A stretch of DNA of 59,555 nt, filler included, from Catajapyx aquilonaris (lineage: Eukaryota): the NCBI GenBank assembly GCA_000934665.2. It is 4 parts of 4 records of this genome, joined end to end, with 100 filler letters (N's around TTAATTAATTAA, not from the genome) between each part and the next. Parts side by side here need not be neighbours in the genome. Positions count along the whole stretch, not along the records: positions 44,211 to 59,555 come from JYFJ02007726.1; 3 more parts are not named here. The stretch is one strand, 5' to 3'. This document shows, piece after piece, positions 46,095 through 59,555 of the stretch (positions within the stretch are counted from its first letter, which is position 1; each line of letters opens with the position of its first letter). The notes below the pieces were generated by a model. That model was given only the letters and a program-made list of their open reading frames with translations, did not search any database and was not told the origin of the DNA. The translations under genes and the position numbers were made by a program.

Positions 46095-46950
46095 AATTAA
46101 TAGTAATTAAATAATGAGAAACTAGCAACATAGGGGCAAAAACCTCTAACTGAAACGATCGCTGTTACTGGACTCAATCGCAGCTATTTTTGGTAGCAGT
46201 GACTACAATAGCTGCTATGTTCATTAACATTGACTACAATAGCTGCTATGTTTACTAGCAGTGACATACATAACTGCTATGTTTACTAGCAGTGCTTAAA
46301 ATAACTGTTATGTTTACTAACAATGACTACAATAGCTGCTATGTTTACTAGCAGTGCTTAAAATAACTGTTATGCTTACTAGCAGTGCTTAAAATAACTA
46401 TGTTTGCTAGCAGTGCTTAAAATACATGCTATTGTATTTTCCTGACAGTGACACTAATAGCTGTTATATTTATTAGCAGTGATTAACATAACTGCTATTA
46501 TATTTTACTAGTGACTAAAATAACTGCCACTATCACAGTAATTAAATATAATAAGCAACAAGCAACGTAGGGGGGGGGGATCCGCTATTTGAAACGATCG
46601 CTGTTACTGCATGGACACAATCGCAGCAATTTTTGCCAGCTGAGACTAAACTAACTGCTTATTATATTTCATTAAATGAGTAAAATAGCCGCCACGATCA
46701 CGGTAATTAAATAATAAGAAACTAGCAACGTATGGCCAAAATCCGCTACCGTATTTAAAACGATCATTGTGACTGGACACAATCGCAGCTATTTTGCTAG
46801 CAGCGACTAAAATAATTGCTACATTCGCTAGCAGCGACTAAAATAACTGCTATTATATTTTTCTAGCAGTGACAAATAGATGCTATATTTCACTAGCAGC
46901 GATTAAGATAGCCGCTATTATTTTTACTAGCGGTTATTAGAAATAGCTGC
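46095..46950. repeat. compound tandem repeat: three ~110-bp headers each followed by 31-bp units
   Basis: Header GTAATTAAATA..AGCAAC..AAACGATC..CAATCGCAGC at ~46102, ~46537 and ~46702; 31-mer TAGCAGTGCTTAAAATAACTGYTATGTTTAC repeated between headers. Confidence 0.8.
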
Positions 46951-48000
46951 TATTCTGCGTTTGGCAAATGGCCAAGTAAACTGGAGGGTGGAGAAGGGTT
47001 TATGGGACCGACTTGCACATGGTAGAGAAGCTGCAAGCATCTTTCTCCGGCCTTGTCCTTTGCAAGGCTCATTGAGCAAGCTACTTCATCCGACGTCTCC
47101 TTCCGGTTCCGGTGCTTCCATCCACAAAAGATGGATTCCAGCTTCCGGAACTCGGAGGGGACTACCAGACCTGGATTACGACCTGTGAAGAATGGGTTTC
47201 CACCAGAAGGAGAAAAGGCAACCAGAAGGAAGACAACTAGTGCATATATTTTTTTTTTGCACACAACCTTTGCATATTATTTTTTATGAAATGCATAAAT
47301 TCAAAGAAACTATAGTCCTAGTGGCTCATTGGCTGATTTGAATTATATTTGCCAATGTTAATGAGGTTTTTGTCACTTATTTTTGTAAATGGAGCCTGAC
47401 TGGGTGTTCATCAAGTGTGCTGAAAAAATTGCAATCGCGGTCCATGGTGATTACTGTCCGCACACAGTCCATATTGCACGCATTAGGCGGGACATTTTTG
47501 CAAATATAAAATACTAGCCCGCTTGAATTCGCTACCCATTTTTTTGGCGCACGGCGTGTGTTGACCTGTTATTGCACAATAGCCATCCATTTATGCAAAC
47601 AACTGATATCTGGAGCCTTGTCATATATGTATGTAGGCAGAATGAGAGAGGCGTAAATCACAATGCCAGATTACAGCTTCGGGACGTTTATCATCGGGCG
47701 CCCGCATCACGCAATTTTCATTGTTTGAAATTACAAATGACGCGTTTTTGAAGTGCCCTTACTTAAAACACAGTACACGCCTCCCGGCCATTCAAGGGGG
47801 ACCCCCCAGAACAAAAGGAAACTAAATTAGCCCAGCCTGTACAATGCCTGCCCAGCCACGGGGACCCAGCCTGGGGGAAAAATTGCGAATTTAGGAGCCT
47901 AATTTTCTGCCAAACCATCAGACCCGCATTGACTCCAGCAACCTTGCAAACAACCTAACTGCTGGTGGCCCTAAAATAGCACATCAGCTACTCTCAAATA

Positions 48001-48165
48001 ACACAGCAGTTGCTTTCAGACAACACAGCAGTTACTTTCAGACAACACAGCAGTTACTTTCAGACAACACAGCAGTTACTTTCAGACAACACAGCAGTTA
48101 CTTTCAGACAACACAGCAGTTACTTTCAGACAACACAGCAGTTACTTTCAGACAACACAGCAGCT
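48001..48165. repeat. 22-bp minisatellite, ~7.5 near-identical copies
   Basis: ACACAGCAGTTACTTTCAGACA in tandem. Confidence 0.95.
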
Positions 48166-49829
48166 GCTTTTAAAATAGCAGTAGCAGCTCTACTGTTATC
48201 CTGATTCGAGTGTACTTTAGTCTTCACTCTTAGCTTAAACAATTATTTTGAGAAGGTTTGCACAGAGTACTTGAAGTAATGTGATCCTAATGCGGATTTG
48301 ACAGATGTTTGCAAAGTCACAGAGGGGCGGCCTTAATTAGGCTACACCTTTTCCCTGGAGGGTGGCAGTCACGATCCCACAGTCTCAAAGTTGTCCCCCC
48401 AACCCTCCCCTTTTCCTTTATTTGCTGGAGGTGAAATCACCATTGGGAACGTGCTTTCCAACCCACCAACCCACACAGTTTGCACCATCTGCACCCGCTC
48501 GAGTACGAATCATGACGCGAGACGTGGTTTTGCAAACCGGGGGGGTCGCTGTGGTCAATAGCCGCGAAATTCGCAAGCCAAATAAGAAAGTTGGGCAAAC
48601 AGCTCGTTTATAGTTCGTCTTTGACTAGAGAGAGAACTAGAGGTCAAAGTTGAAATCGAGCAAAGTTGTTTGGTCTGGGAAACTCCCTGCGGTGACAACA
48701 CTCGGCCAGTGACATGCTGGAGGTAAATGGCCGGGTGTGTGTACATAGCGTAATGATTCACATGTTGAACACCTGAGAACTTGAGGATTATTTTATGTAG
48801 CAGGTACAGACCCTGTGTGTAAGCCAGGAAGTAAAGCTGCTGTGCATTCACTCTGCGGCTGCCATGGAATCGACTCGTGCCCAGGGTTTCAAAGTGTGGA
48901 AGGATTTTTTTTTGAGGGGGGTTCACCCCCCCTCCCCCCTTCTCATCCAACCACCCAACCCACCCTTTCCGGCACACTAATGCGCGACATTAAAAATTCC
49001 ACCTGTGAATCTATGAAAGCCAATTTGGCCGGAAATTTGGTCAGCCAACCCCGAAAAAAAAATTCATTTTCAAGAGCTGGTTTCAAACATTTTTTTTTCT
49101 CTCTCTCTCTCTCCCTTCGTAACTGTGGGGGTGGGGACAATCCTGGACTGTCCGGAACTGTCCTGAAACATTTGGTAAGACACATGGAGGCTTACAAGCT
49201 CTGAATATCAAGTCAGAACCAAAGTGATGCGTCACCAAGGCAATAATTTCAGATAAATTTTTGCAAACATTGAAAAATCTCAAGCAAGATTTAATTGATT
49301 TCTGCTAACAACACTTATTGCCTTATTTTTGGGAGACATGAAAAAAAGCCTATTCCTGACAGCGAGCGAACCTCAAGAACACCCAGAAATCGCAGTTGGC
49401 AAACGGCAAAAACTCAACAAATGGGAATCGTTTTGTTTGCCCAGTGCCGAGATAATAGCACCGTCTGGCTCGATCGGTCCAACCCAACCAAGTGTGGGTG
49501 GATGGGAGGTGGAAAAAAAAGGGACCCACACAACTCCAAAAAATATATATATAAAGAGAGAGAGAAAAAAAATAAAAACGTGAGGCGGGAATGAGACGTT
49601 TCTTTGGTGGCAGCCCTCGGGACATTTCTTCTTTCCCACCTTATTTTTCTTCTGTTTGTTTTCTCCCTCAGGCCTGGAAATGTTGGAGGGGGGTCCTTTT
49701 TATGAGGTTTTTGGGAATCCCCTTCACACCGCACCAATCTCACGCAACCCGTATAAAGCAGCACCGTGTGTGAGATTACTCACCCAGTTACTTGGTTTCT
49801 GTTTATTTGTTTGTTACTTTATTACCTCC

Positions 49830-50410
49830 GATTTTTTCAAACATTTCTCAGTATCGATATGCCCCTTTCAGATGTAGCAATATATCGATAATTTTTGGTG
49901 ACCATAGCCTACTATTTTTTCAAACATTTCTCAGTATCGATATGCCCCTTTCAGATGTAGCAATATATCGATATTCTTGGGTGACGATACCCTACGATTT
50001 ATTTCAAACTATTCCCAGTATCGATGATACCGGTATGTCTGTTTACTATGTATCGAAATATTGATATTATTGGCTGACGATAACCTACGATATTTCAACC
50101 AATTCTCAGTATCGATATATCTGTTTGTGAGGTATCGAAATATTGATATTATTGGCTGACGATAACCTACGATATTTCAACCAATTCTCAGTATCGATAT
50201 ATCTGTTGGCAAGGTATCGAAATATCGATATTATTGTCTGACGATAACCTACAATTTCTCGAGCAATTCTCAGTGTCGATATGACATTTTCCGATATATC
50301 AATATATCAATATTCTTGGGTGACGATACCATACGATTTCTAAAACAATTCTCAGCATCAATATGCTCGTTTCCGATGTATCGATATATCGATATTCTTG
50401 GGTGACCCGT
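49830..50410. repeat. ~83-bp tandem repeat, ~7 copies, ATCGAT-rich
   Basis: TTCTCAGTATCGATAT-like anchor at ~49845, 49928, 50012, 50103, 50185, 50267 and 50350. Confidence 0.88.
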
Positions 50411-53400
50411 CATTAGCCCAGCGATTGGCCAGAAATGTGACGTCATTGACCGTGACTGGCTGTGGCTTCTTCTAACTCCTCCCACCAGACATACGCGTCA
50501 TTCTCTTTCTCTTCGTGCATTTTTCACTGTATAATTATTCTACCCTGCTTTAGTGGCGAAAAAATATTCCGGTGCAGTTTGGAGCAAGTGGCGCTTGTTC
50601 CTGCGTGGTTATACTGCCCCTCGTGAATCAGGCGACGCGATGCGGTGGCTGGCTCCATTCACCAATTGCACATTAGGGGGATTAGCCCCGCTCGATAAGC
50701 CGGTGAAATCTCACCGCCATCAACAAAATATCGAGGGGGTGGTTGTCCCCCACCTCCCCCACCCACTCCAACTATGTTCAAAGTGATATTCACCCAAAAT
50801 TTTGGTTCGGGCCAGATTCGGCGGATCCCTCGAGAGCGGGTGCCCCCCAAAAAATAGGTGCGGTTTAAATATATTTTCCGGTTCTAAACTGGGGTTGGCT
50901 TTATCGCGGTGTGGAGACCGAAATTGAAACCAAGTGTTATCTTCAGAGGGGGTTTCCCCCCCCCCCCTCCCCTCTCCATCCCCATGCAACCATCTTCAGG
51001 AAGCTTCTCGGGAGGGACTTCATAGGGTCCATCCGACGCTCAATCCATCACCACAGACGCGCCTAATCTCGCAGACTCCTTGGCTCCGGCTCCCGGTATA
51101 AAAAAACCTGGTTTTTGCAGGTCAGTTCAACAGCATTCAGACAGATCTGTTCAAGGATTTCGGCATGAACCAAGATAGATTTTAATGCAGGTGCGGACGA
51201 AAAAGTAGGCACCGATTTGGATGTAATTACCCAATGGGATTGCAATGCAACCGACATCACATCGGTTTTGTGGGCTGTGGCCATTTTTTTTTTTACTTTT
51301 CTTTTTCTGAGCGTGTCTGCTGAGCCAGGCAGTTGGCGTCAGCTTGTGAGTCTCGGCGGTCCGTGGCTGCATGTCAAATAGGGTGGTGGAGGAGGAGGGT
51401 TGTGGAATAATCCAGGTGGAAGTCTAAAGGAAGTCTGGAGCGAAATCCGGAGACGCGGTTTTCCGAATTCGATGAGCTCGGCTGGAGCCAGGTTGTGTCG
51501 GAAGGAAAAGGAACCAGGCCGGGCCTTACTATGTGACCTCTGCACTCGCACCAGTCGATGTCAGGAATGGGAAAGTATACCTAACCTTACCAAAGAGAGA
51601 GACCATTGATTTTTTTTCCATCCCCCCCCCCCTCTCTCTCGTCTCTCTCTGCTCACATAACCTTCCCTCTTTTTGCTCTCCCCCTCTGGACCGTTCGAGT
51701 AGGAAACGTCTCGCTTTGGAGACTCCAAATGGAAAAGCAAATGCTGCTGGCTGGCTATTCCCAGCCAAAGAAAAGGCAGTATAAGCCAGTACATTCCAGA
51801 CGGATTTTACCTTGTACATTAAATGCGGGGGGCCTGTTTCCCCCCCCCCCCTTTGATCGTGACGTCAAATAGCTTTTTACAGAAATGAAGGTAAACCTTA
51901 CAATGCACTCTAGAATACATAACGAAAAAAAATGTGTGTTTCATCCCGGCATGATGCAACCCAACGAACACGCCATATTGACGCAAGAGCTGCGATTTTG
52001 ACTTAATATATTTACCTGCTTCGTCCCTAATATCTCGGAGATGGCTTAATGGAGTCATTTCTAAAATGATGAAGTCCTGGGCGAAGCAACAGGAAGAAGA
52101 GTTGAGGTGACGCCTCCGCCAGAGGCGCTGAGCTTTTTTGAAAAATAACGGGCTGGGTGGCGGAGGTGAAGGGGGGGCGGAGAGGAAATCCGGCATATCT
52201 TTACACGTGATTAACAAACGCTGGGAAAGGCATGGCTTGCTCGGGGTGGAGCCAATCTGGTGTGAAATCACAGTCTCCTTCCGTTCAGTAGGAGAGAACT
52301 CTGCTCCCCCCAACCTTCTACGAATGGAAAATCGTGTTAGTACCCTAAACTCGCAGAAATTTCGGTTCACGCTCTTGGGGGGGCCTCACCCCCCTGATTT
52401 ATGGAACTCATTTCCCGTCAAAACAGTGCGCGGCGTCACTCCAAAACATAATTTACAAGCGACCTCCTCTACCTTCTTTTTCCTATATACGAAGCGATAA
52501 GAATATTTTCCACCATTGCATATACAGCACGTGTTTATTGGCATATAATTTGCGAGACACCCAGTACTTCAACCTTTTTAAACAACCACTCTAGGACACC
52601 TTTTTTTTATATATACAGCAACGGTGCTAATTTGTGGCTGCAACTTTAATAATCTCCCAGACTGCCGCGAGTGAATTGCAGTACTTGAGACAAAGCTTCT
52701 TACGCTCCTGTTGGAGACAGAACCAGGAGAGAGAGAGAGAGAGCGGAGTTTTAATTAAAATTCATGCTGGTACATTTCCCTAGAAAGTCTTTGCTCAATT
52801 GACTGCAAAACATTTAAGGCCCCAGTCAAAATTAGCTCAGAACTAAGACGACCTTGCTAAATCTGCAATAATACAACCAAAGAATTGGTGTGGCTTTTTT
52901 TTGCAACATTTTTATCGTCGTATATGATTTTTAGTCAACATTTTGCAAATTGTGAGCCGCACTGTTTTTTTTTGGCGCGGTTATACCTGCCGATAAGTCA
53001 CATTCTGGTGGGCGAACATGTGTCAGGTGCGACACAGCAACGCCAGCGGTTTTCGCAAACATTAGTTTCCTTCCGGTTCCGTCCCCGGTTTTAGAGCGCT
53101 GGGAGGGGGTTTCTCTTTTATTCCTTGGGAACAATAGACTGGAAATTGCAGCAAATCACGCGTTAGACTTGCCAGTGCGTGGTGCTGGGGGTTTTTTTTT
53201 TTTGGAGGTGGGTTGAGTTCAGGTGGGTTGGCTTCTGCTGTGTTGCAAAGCCGGGCATTATCGTATCCCCCAGGCTACAGACTCCTCTCTCTGTGGTGTT
53301 CTGGGGGGGACAAAATGAGAGAGTCCAGCGTGAGGGCGTTTTGGGGGATCCCCGACATTGTGGTCGCAGACTCAAAACGCCTCCAAACAATTAGCGCTGA

Positions 53401-55902
53401 ATTTAATGGCCGTCGGAGGTCCGAAATTGCAATATTGTGCCGCAAGCCTGGCCTCAAGTGAAGCGAAGGCTAAACAGAGACTGGACCAGACAACATCGTC
53501 GGGTTTGACAAAACGATACTCATTTTGTACCTGTGCAAAAGCTAGAACAATACAGGTAGTTCCTTCAATGTGTATATTTTTTTGCGATTTTCAAAATGGG
53601 AATGAAAGTCAAATAGTCGTGCATAAATTATGAAGTGCTTTATTACCCGGACTTGGGTACAGTACTCCGGAATGTTCTCTCCCTTGAATATTGCACGAAA
53701 TATGAGCGTTACGGTTCAAAAAATACTCGGGCATAGATCGCATTCTTTTTGCTGAATTTCATGCTAACAAAAAAATAATAATACTTTTTTCCCCCCCGCC
53801 CTATGTAACGACATCCACCTCTCAGCAGTGGTTGTTTACGTGAAAATTTTACTTCTCCTGAGAGAATTGCGATGCCCCCTTCAAACATCGTGAAAGCTCA
53901 TTCACAATGCAGTACTTTTTTACCCCACCTGATGAACAACAATGGTCGGATGGAGCTGAACATACTCCTTTAATAAGTCCAGCAGGTTGAAAAATCCTTA
54001 CCTATACAGCAAGAATATTTTCGGGTTGTCGATGACGCCACTGGGTTTATCAATCTGCCAAATCATTTGTACAAGTCAAAAGAATAATTCCCGTGTAAAT
54101 TATATTAATTTCAACATAAATAGCAATGGCGGTGAGAGAGCAACGTGATTTGTCGTTTTCATTAAAGTTTCGTGTGCTACTGTTGGATCAAATCATATTA
54201 AAAGCCAGCATGATTTGATACTATCTATTCTAGAATAATGTGCCTTAGATTTAATGCATATGTTATGTAAAAATGAAAGTCCGGCACATCGTGCGCATGG
54301 GAGTCGTTCAAGTGCTCATCTTTAAGCATATAATTATTGCACGTAGCATTTCAGGGAAATTTCGTCTGGCTCGGATCCCACGTTCGTCAGGCAGCAATAT
54401 GAAGAGGTGGAGACGTGAGGGGGAGGGGGGAGAGAGAGAGACTAGTAAATAAACGTCAGGAACCGAAAGACAAATGTTTTCGCTCTAGAATTACTCTGCA
54501 TGAAACAGACGCTAATTCCGAGGGAATATGTTTAATGTTAAGCAGATTATCTTCATTAGAACTCTAATTTGGCCAGATTCAAACAAACTCCCAACAAGTT
54601 TCAAAGTTGGCAGTCAGGACGCCGCCGCAATATGGCGTGTCGTCGTTGGCGTCGTCGACGTCGCCTCTCTCCTTCTCCTTCAGAGAGAGAGAGAGAGAGA
54701 GAGCGTCTCTCTCTCTTCTAACCGCCTTTCTCCGTCCCCCGAAATTTACATACGAAACTAGATTGTTTATCACCGAAGGCGTCGGATCCGTCCAAACTTT
54801 TCAATAAGGGATTAAATCATGCTCACCAGACGCATCCTTTATGACGACACTTTAATATTTCGGCTCATAACTCATCTGGATGGGTTGGGGTGGTGGGGTG
54901 GATGGTAGGGTTGGGTGGGAAGGAAGGAAGAAGCAGAAGGTATTGCGCCTCAGGTCGACGCCTGGGCCTCGTTTTTCTCAGCACAAGTCAAGATGAAGAT
55001 GCAGCCGAGCACGAGCCTTGTTCCAGAACAGAGAGAGAGAATATCATAACGAGGTCATGCACATGTATACAGTGGCGGGAAGGTCTAATACTTGCCACCT
55101 TCAGATCTGCTACCTTACTCCCTTTTAGCTACGGGGGTGAAATTTGAGGCTGTTTTGTAGTTTCCTGCGCGAAATGGCTAGGGGTTAACTGCCGAACCAT
55201 CTTGCTAGCCTGCCAAGTACTGAATCTCATTCCTTATCCTCCCGAGGGAAGCATGCACTTCTTCGGCCTGCTCCTTACGTAATGAGACCCTCGAGTGATG
55301 ATTGGTCTCCTCGCCATACCCAGAGGTTATACGACCTGTCCGCCACTATGGACTGGGATCGTAACTCGCCCGCTAACAGAGGTCATTTTCCTGACTTGGG
55401 TCAGGCAAGTTTCCAGTGTCTCTGGTGGGTTGAGGCCTCCCCATCCTCCTCTAGGTTCTGATTGGAGTTAATCCGATGAAGACCTGCGGGAGGGGAATGG
55501 ACCAACCAGCAGGCAGGAGATAAACCCGGGTCTGGACAGGGGGAGGGCTGGGGGATTAAAATTCTTGGGGTCAAGGTGAACCGTTTATCGCCTGAGCCCA
55601 GCAGCACTGGCCGCTAACTGCGGAATTAAGCCCGGGCCACCACTACTAACACGTAATGGACGTGCGGAACTAGCCGAGGATCACCTGATGATTGCTGATA
55701 AACAGTGGGGAGATGTTAGAGCCTCTCTCCCCCACTTTTTTTTAAGTCTAATCGTGGGGATGCTGCACATGAGCACCCACTTTTTTCATTAGGAAGCAAC
55801 TCCCCTGGGCGCGCAGCTTAAACACTGGCTTAGTGCCACCTGCACTGCGGCTTCACCAACTGTTTTAACCATCGGTTAATCGGCTGGTTACTAACCCCCC
55901 CT

Positions 55903-56059
55903 CTGCCGTCAGATGTAAGAAGACCGTAACTCAAAAACTAGTAAGGGTGAAAGTCGCATGCACGCCCTGCACTAATCCCCACTGAGTCGGTGCCGGGCAT
56001 GCATGCGACTTTCACCCTTACTAGTTTTTGAGTTACGGTCTTCTTACATCTGACGGCAG
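55903..56059. mobile_element. 157-bp MITE with perfect 60-bp TIRs and 4-bp TSD (Sola-like)
   Basis: 55903-55962 is the exact reverse complement of 56000-56059 (CTGCCGTCAGATGTAAGAAG...); CCCT flanks both sides. Confidence 0.85.
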
Positions 56060-59000
56060 CCCTAAGGAGCTGGTTGCATCTCAACAAGACCAGCCATACA
56101 TACTGCATGTGTCCAACAGCGCATTGTTACCTTTTCCTGCAACCGCTCACTCACAGGCCACAAATTGGCCGCCCAGCCAGCTAATTAATTAAGTTTCTCT
56201 ATGCATACGAGAAAGACGAGAAGGGGGGAGTAGGAAAAGCGACCGCGCCATGTCCAAGACGCCTGCATGCGGCATACAGCGCTTCCAGGCTTTAAACCGC
56301 AGCACAAAACCGGAGAGTGGAAGACCTCAGTGGAGAATGATAACACGGCGGGGGGTCTCTGGACACGGTACGCTCATTCATTCAGTTTAAGGGAGAGACT
56401 GAGGTTCATGCTTAATTCCTCCTTGCCACCGCAAGATGGCCCCGGGAAACAATGGAGCCGGGTTTAAACCCACAGTTCCCTCAGGGGCCATGTTGACCAA
56501 AAACCCTTCCCGCGTCTGCACCATGCGGGCTGCTGTAGATAATTTTCAACGTTGGGCAGAGGCTCCGGGTTTTCGGTTTTGGTCCGGAAAAAAAGGGCAA
56601 CAAAAATCCGGGCACAGCTTTTTGGAGGGAACAACCCCCCCCCCCCCCGCCCCCCTCACGGATCAAAGCCAGCCAGCCAGCCAGCCAAGGGGTGCCCACC
56701 TAAGTGTTACAGTGCATGTTCAATGAGGGGATTATTACACCCGAGGGCTTGCAAGCACAAAAGGATCATGACTCCCGGAGAAAGTACAGGGCATTTTCGG
56801 AGGGATTAAACCGAACGATCTGGGAGGCTCAGATTGTGCCATTGATCCAACCAGTTTCACGTAAGATATCGTTGTGCCAAGTTTCAGCACCCTCAGTAGG
56901 TAGCTGGGAACATACAGAGAAACTTTCATATTTATACTATGACCACTATGCACTTCCATTTTGGGCGAAAATGGAGTTCGCATCCCTTTTCTCGCAGGGG
57001 CGTGGAAATGTAAAGGGTTGCGATTTTTGCAAGGGATAGGCTCATTTACTATGGGACTGTGTGACTCTTTTCGCCCCGGGGCCTCAGAAGTGAATAAGCG
57101 GGGCCATTATTCATCGCGCACTCAGATAGGTGCAAGGGGAGAGAGAGGGTGGGGGGCATGCGTTTAGAGACAGATATTTCCTGGCCCCCCCTCAGTTATT
57201 TGTTGCCAGAGCGTGTTTGGTGTCTTTAATCCGGGGGAGAGGTAGGAATATATAGGATGAGAGACTGGGAGCCGGATGGGGGAGATAGCAAGTTTACTTT
57301 CCGCCCTTTTCAGAGCATTGCTCAGGATGTGTGCTATGCACAGAGAGAGTGAATCGCCATTTTCGGGGAGGGGTGGCTTTTGCAATGGTTTGTAATCAAC
57401 GAGAGCAAAAAAGGCTCCATTTGGCCAGCGAAATTAAGTCTTTCATTTCATTAGCACAACAAGCTTCCCTCTGTTTTTTTTGCGTGCAGGCCACAGCTAT
57501 TGTTTTGCAATATTACTGTACTATTGTAATAACAGATTGCATCACTGTCCATACTATGATACACAGCATATTCTGTTTCGCACAATTATTTTCAATGCCC
57601 CCAACAGTTGACAGGAAATACAACGAGCTTGTTATCGCTATTTTCAGTACAGTATCAACCAAAAAAAATATTTGCAAAAATTGTCAACATGCTGCAGCCT
57701 CTTTCTGCTGTGCAACGAGGCTCCTGGTTTAAATCTAGCAATAATTTCTGCACCAGCCATGAAAAGAACGTTATGGCTCATTTCGTCGGAGAGGATGGGT
57801 GGGGTTGGGGGGTATATACTATAGAGAGCACAGGACGCGCAAACACAAAATCGTAGATGCTCGTCACGGGCGCGTTCAGATAAGCGCGTTAGAAAATTGC
57901 TGATTGGAAATTCGCGTCACGGCTCCGGATGGCCGTCCCCACTATTAGGCAACCGTAGAAAATATCTCACTTTTTTTGTGTGTATGTCGGGTGGGTTGGG
58001 GGGATAACATGGTGGTGGGTGGGATATGAAGCACCTCCCCCCCCCCCTAAAAAATAACATCTCACGTACTGTAATGACTAATTGGCCCCGTGTCGCATAA
58101 AAACGAGTTCAAATTATCCGGGTCTGAGTCTCGAAATCCTGGGCTCACATTTTCTCGGGATTTCCAACCCAAAATCCGGGGGGGTTCTCGATTACCCCTT
58201 TCCGGTTAATGTCGCCATGTCAGTATGTTCCTCTTTCAGAATATGGGTTGGGGGGGGGGAGCCAAAAGTCATTTCCGATGAGATGCGACAGGGATTGGTC
58301 AGGAGATGATACGACCCTCTGATGCTGCCATTGGTTTTTGTGCCCGAATGTGAACTTGCAGGATTTTTTTTTTGGCCAGTATAATTAGGGCTTAACTGGA
58401 ACCGGTTTTTCCAACTTTTAACTGTCTGTAAAGAGCTAACTGCACATTCAAGTTTGTTGATGTGGCAATTAGAACTGGTTGTTTCAATGCAAAGTAAGAA
58501 TTTTGCGATTTTTTGCCATAGTTCAGGAATGTTTTTTTTTGCGAAATTAGGATCCAGCTCATTATGTCAACATATGTATGTAGAAGTATGTTGTCACTTT
58601 CCTTATCGACTCCAACTTAAAAAGAAGACAAACAGAAATGGCCTGAAGGAGTACGTGCCCTGGCACCTCTTTTTGGCCTCACTCGCACCCAAAAAAAGAG
58701 TTGGTCCGAGTAATTTTCTCTCGGAAAAAAGCACTCCCTTGCCGTTTGGCCTGTCCTTTTACCTCCAAAATTGTACGGAATCGATTTATTTATTTGTCCC
58801 TCCCAAAAACAGGTTAAGAGTCTCCCTTGGACTATAGCCTTTTTTTTCAGTACAGAGAAGATGGGAGTCGATATCATGCGAGCTGGATCAGTAGTCATAC
58901 TCGTAATCATTATTGGAAACCCCAGACTTTACCGGTAATTGGGCGTCGGTCCTATCCTCCCCCATTTCTTTCTTTTTTTGTCATCGTTTCGGTGTGAGGG

Positions 59001-59339
59001 GGGGGGGGGGAATGGCAAAGGAAAATTATTCTCTTACAATTGCCTCTGGGATCTACATAGCGGATGAATATTCAGCAGCGAAGGATTAGCCGTTTCATTA
59101 AGGTTTACGGGGGAAGGAGACACGAGTATCGCTGCCAGCTCTTCTCTGTAATACAGCCTCAGGAGGAGGAAGCCACCGAGAGAATTTTTTAAAAAAATAG
59201 AGAATTTGGGAGTGAGTGGTGGATAAACGAGGGATTTACTTATCATCGGGAAGGGCCGCATTCCAAGAAATCAGAAAAAAAATTCGCGAACGTTCAGCAG
59301 AAAAATTAATAGCCGACATGGCCGACTTATAGGATGTAC

Positions 59340-59555
59340 CTGGTGTAACCTAACCTAATATAACCATCACATTAATTACTAATTTAACGGGACGTTAGGA
59401 AGTAACCCTGGAAGTAACCGTCGCTTAATTTCTATACCAGCAGTTAGGTTAGGTTAGAGTTTGGGATCCTAATTATTTTTACTGTAACGGGCCGTTAGGA
59501 AGTAATCGTAGTTTAATTTCTATGCCAGCAGTTAGGTTAGGTTAGAGTTTGGGAT
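59340..59555. repeat. dispersed repeat with short (TTAGG)/(CCTAA) runs and an ~87-bp duplicated unit
   Basis: TAACCTAACCTAA at 59346; two copies of CGTTAGGAAGTAA...CCAGCAGTTAGGTTAGGTTAGAGTTTGGGAT. Confidence 0.7.

Noticed and set aside
46950..47264. possible coding exon on the minus strand
   Set aside because: Acceptor-like site present but no recognisable homology or partner exons.
48001..48165. 22-bp repeats as a CRISPR array
   Set aside because: No spacers; eukaryotic minisatellite.
55150..55700. possible HDV-like or hammerhead ribozyme in GC-rich stretch
   Set aside because: TCCTCGC and CTGATGA-like cores lack the required flanking helices.
59340..59555. telomere (TTAGG)n
   Set aside because: Only 2-3 units in both orientations embedded in a complex repeat.
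44211..59555. protein genes or conserved microRNAs in contig 4
   Set aside because: Only short low-complexity ORFs; no known miRNA mature sequence recognised by eye; likely intronic or intergenic DNA.

Overview
Eukaryotic, almost certainly arthropod, genomic DNA. It consists of four contigs joined by artificial 100-bp linkers (44 N + TTAATTAATTAA + 44 N), so adjacency across the gaps is not trustworthy. Contig 1 (1-14632) is transposon-rich: a pogo/Tigger transposase with one in-frame stop, a tRNA-SINE and paired CAGGGTG MITEs. Contig 2 (14733-29404) is part of a tandem array of intronless divergent ionotropic receptor (IR) genes: one intact 638-aa gene with a TATA+Inr promoter, one 5'-truncated paralog and one gap-truncated copy. 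It also holds many SINEs/MITEs and a very young 1.95-kb LTR element encoding only Gag, protease and a chromodomain (non-autonomous chromovirus-like). Contig 3 (29505-44110) holds a 13-finger C2H2 gene with many atypical C-x-C fingers. That gene is followed by five duplicated, splice-phase-compatible zinc-finger cassettes (alternative 3' ends or young paralogs), minisatellites and the 3' part of TRMT44. Contig 4 (44211-59555) has no recognisable gene, only minisatellites and a MITE. The best candidates for a novel system are the zinc-finger cassette array and the Gag-PR-chromodomain LTR element.
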